Of a DNA stretch of 64,000 bases, positions 62,111 through 64,000 are shown in pieces. Below the pieces are notes generated by a model, which was not told where the DNA came from, did not search any database, and worked only from the letters and a program-made list of their open reading frames with translations. Source of the stretch: Neoconidiobolus thromboides FSU 785 (taxonomy: Eukaryota > Fungi > Entomophthoromycota); NCBI GenBank assembly GCA_025603075.1, contig MU626312.1, forward strand, positions 51,851 to 115,850, read 5' to 3'. Each line of letters starts with the position of its first letter. Within the stretch, counting starts at the first letter, position 1. A program made the position numbers and the translations under genes.

Positions 62111-64000
62111 TTATTTCAAGTCTTCAGCAACTTGTTCCCAAACTTTGTATGGATTAAAAGCAGTTTCTGCAGTATAAGCTTTATGATTCTTGGCTGGATT
62201 CCAAGTGAACTCTAATGGACGGAGCTCCTTAAATCTAGAAGAATAAGCCTCTCTAACAGTGAAGCGAATACCGCCTTTGATTGGGAGTGGTTGTGGAGCA
62301 GCAGGGTCCTTATCCAATCCTGAAGATTTTAAGCTACCTAAAAGGCCATCAAGAGAATGAACAGTACCACCACCAAGGGAACCAATAGTAGCATCTTTAT
62401 ATTTAAGGCCACCAAAAGCATAACTCTTAACATTATGAAATTCTTGCATACCGTTACTTAAAAGGGTACAAGTAGAATAACAGATAGAGTTGGAAACTAA
62501 AGCAATATTTTCAGTTTTAAATGGTTGAGTATTGTTAACTAATAGAGAGCGTAATTGATTGGTACCACACCTGTCTTGGAATTGAGGGGTATATTGACTG
62601 TTTCTATTATTACCACGATTATAGGTTTTGATGTTAGTAAAGGCGTTTTGTGAAGCGAATGGTTTACCATCAGGCTGATTATAGAATTTTGGATTAAAGA
62701 AACCATTGGTTGAATTTTGAGTAAGCTTAGCAAGTAATGGAGAATAGTGCATATCAGTATTAAAAAACTTAGTAGAAGCATTTGGAAAGAGATAATCAAG
62801 TACGTTATATCCCAAACAAATGGCGCCGCCACCGTTATTACTTACATCCAAAATCAATTTTTCAGCTTTTTCATCTTGAAGCGCCTTGAAACCATCAATT
62901 GCCTCATCAAACCATTTGGTTCTGTTAGAAGGTGAAAAAGTAGAAATATGGATAACGCCTACATTATCGGGTAAAGTATATGTTTTAATGTAAGTACCAT
63001 CAACTACAGCAGTTAAAAGAGGATCAATCAATCTAGAGTCTTTAGATTCAATTGGGGCTTCAATTGGGATTTCCTTAACTTCAGGTACTTCTAATAATTG
63101 AAGTTCATTGACATTTGTATTATCACCAGCCTTAGGAACATCAGCTCCACAGTTGTTTTTATAAAAGGAATCAGCATTAGTAAATGGAAGTGCTACATTT
63201 GGAGTAGCAATATAAGGTACAACTACTTCTTTTTCATCATTACCAACACGAATTCTAAAAGTTAAAGTTTCTTTAACTGGCGGAATAGTAGTAGAACCAA
63301 AGCTACCATAACTAATACCCCACTGACCATTACTTTGAATGGAACGTGCAAGCGCATAATTCATACGAGAGTTAACATCTCTTGATGTACCAACATAATG
63401 TTTGGCGTACTCTTCGACAAATTCGAGTGGTTGTTTACCATCAATCGATAATACTTCAGCACCAGCATAGCTTAACACATCTACACCAGCGGCTTTCCAA
63501 GCATCAAGAAGAGATTGACTATATCGCAAACCTTGAGGGATCTTAACTCGGATTTCTCCCGATTTACCTTCTTCTGGGTATAATGGGAATGGTTGTCTGA
63601 ACACGAAACTGGAAAAACAATTGGAAGTATATCTAGTATGACCATCTTCTAAAGAGTTGAAAAACTTAACAATAGAAACTTGGAAATCACGTTCAGTATC
63701 ATATTTTTTAGATAAGACTTTGTTCAATTCAGCCTCAATATCAATATAACTAGGCACTTTTGGATCAGGGGATCTTTTAGCAATATCGATAAAAGCATAG
63801 AAAGGAAGGATCTTTTTTAAAGTATCTGAAACACCATCACGTACTTTATTAGTTAGTTCAAAGTTGTCATAACAAGCAAGTGCATCTTTATAACCAATTA
63901 CTGATTTGCTAGCTATCTTTGCACAGGGATCTGTAGTTTTAGTGTTATTTTGACCAGATACCAAAGCAGCAAATAGAGTTATCAACGAGAGAAAATTGAG
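62111..64000 (-). CDS. Secreted peptidase family S41, copy 2 (start just beyond the window)
   Basis: Collinear paralog of 40916-42808 with the same catalytic motifs. The window end reads LNFLSLITLFAALVSGQ, so the initiator should lie about two codons outside. Confidence 0.88.
   Translation of the reverse strand, partial: LNFLSLITLFAALVSGQNNTKTTDPCAKIASKSVIGYKDALACYDNFELTNKVRDGVSDTLKKILPFYAFIDIAKRSPDPKVPSYIDIEAELNKVLSKKYDTERDFQVSIVKFFNSLEDGHTRYTSNCFSSFVFRQPFPLYPEEGKSGEIRVKIPQGLRYSQSLLDAWKAAGVDVLSYAGAEVLSIDGKQPLEFVEEYAKHYVGTSRDVNSRMNYALARSIQSNGQWGISYGSFGSTTIPPVKETLTFRIRVGNDEKEVVVPYIATPNVALPFTNADSFYKNNCGADVPKAGDNTNVNELQLLEVPEVKEIPIEAPIESKDSRLIDPLLTAVVDGTYIKTYTLPDNVGVIHISTFSPSNRTKWFDEAIDGFKALQDEKAEKLILDVSNNGGGAICLGYNVLDYLFPNASTKFFNTDMHYSPLLAKLTQNSTNGFFNPKFYNQPDGKPFASQNAFTNIKTYNRGNNRNSQYTPQFQDRCGTNQLRSLLVNNTQPFKTENIALVSNSICYSTCTLLSNGMQEFHNVKSYAFGGLKYKDATIGSLGGGTVHSLDGLLGSLKSSGLDKDPAAPQPLPIKGGIRFTVREAYSSRFKELRPLEFTWNPAKNHKAYTAETAFNPYKVWEQVAEDLK

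Noticed and set aside
1-64000. tRNA, rRNA, snRNA genes and U12-type introns
   Set aside because: I saw no T-loop/D-loop consensus or U1-U6 signature sequences by eye, and the introns I traced have ordinary GT...AG ends. Highly diverged ncRNAs could be missed without Infernal or tRNAscan-SE.

Overview
Very AT-rich, gene-dense eukaryotic DNA with many short (about 45-75 nt) GT-AG introns and poly-Asn (AAT)n tracts in coding sequence. The gene set (front-end delta-6 desaturase, Byr4, Sts1/Cut8, Brl1/Brr6, Bem1, Tyr1) points to an early-diverging fungus, most plausibly Entomophthorales (Conidiobolus/Neoconidiobolus-like); this assignment is inference. I stitched exons by hand and support 25 protein genes, mostly housekeeping: GPI2, a YTA7/ATAD2-like ATPase, striatin, a BEM1-like scaffold, UFD1, a FIRRM/C1orf112-like HEAT protein, RAD21, TYR1, STS1, a Stn1-like OB-fold fusion, TFIP11, MAK10, TLG2, BYR4, NXT1, a Cys-rich membrane protein, METTL6, DCP1, BRL1, a FIST-like protein, CAB4, MPH1/FANCM, a delta-6 desaturase and two secreted S41/CPAF-like proteases. 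The most notable observations are: (1) a spliced gene joining a 380-aa charged region to a Stn1-type OB fold, whose stop codon overlaps the stop codon of the convergent TFIP11 gene in one TTAA; (2) a ~98-bp MITE family (14 copies) with GGG...CCC termini and 4-bp target-site duplications; (3) two S41 protease paralogs in inverted orientation with a ~520-nt near-identical tract between divergent blocks; (4) a probable fungal FIRRM/FLIP homolog; (5) several conserved proteins with remodelled architecture (ATAD2 without bromodomain, Bem1 with degenerate SH3 domains, Brl1 missing one Cys pair, Mph1 with a long N-terminal extension). I found no tRNA, rRNA, snRNA or CRISPR array. Family calls rest on motif recall, not on database searches.
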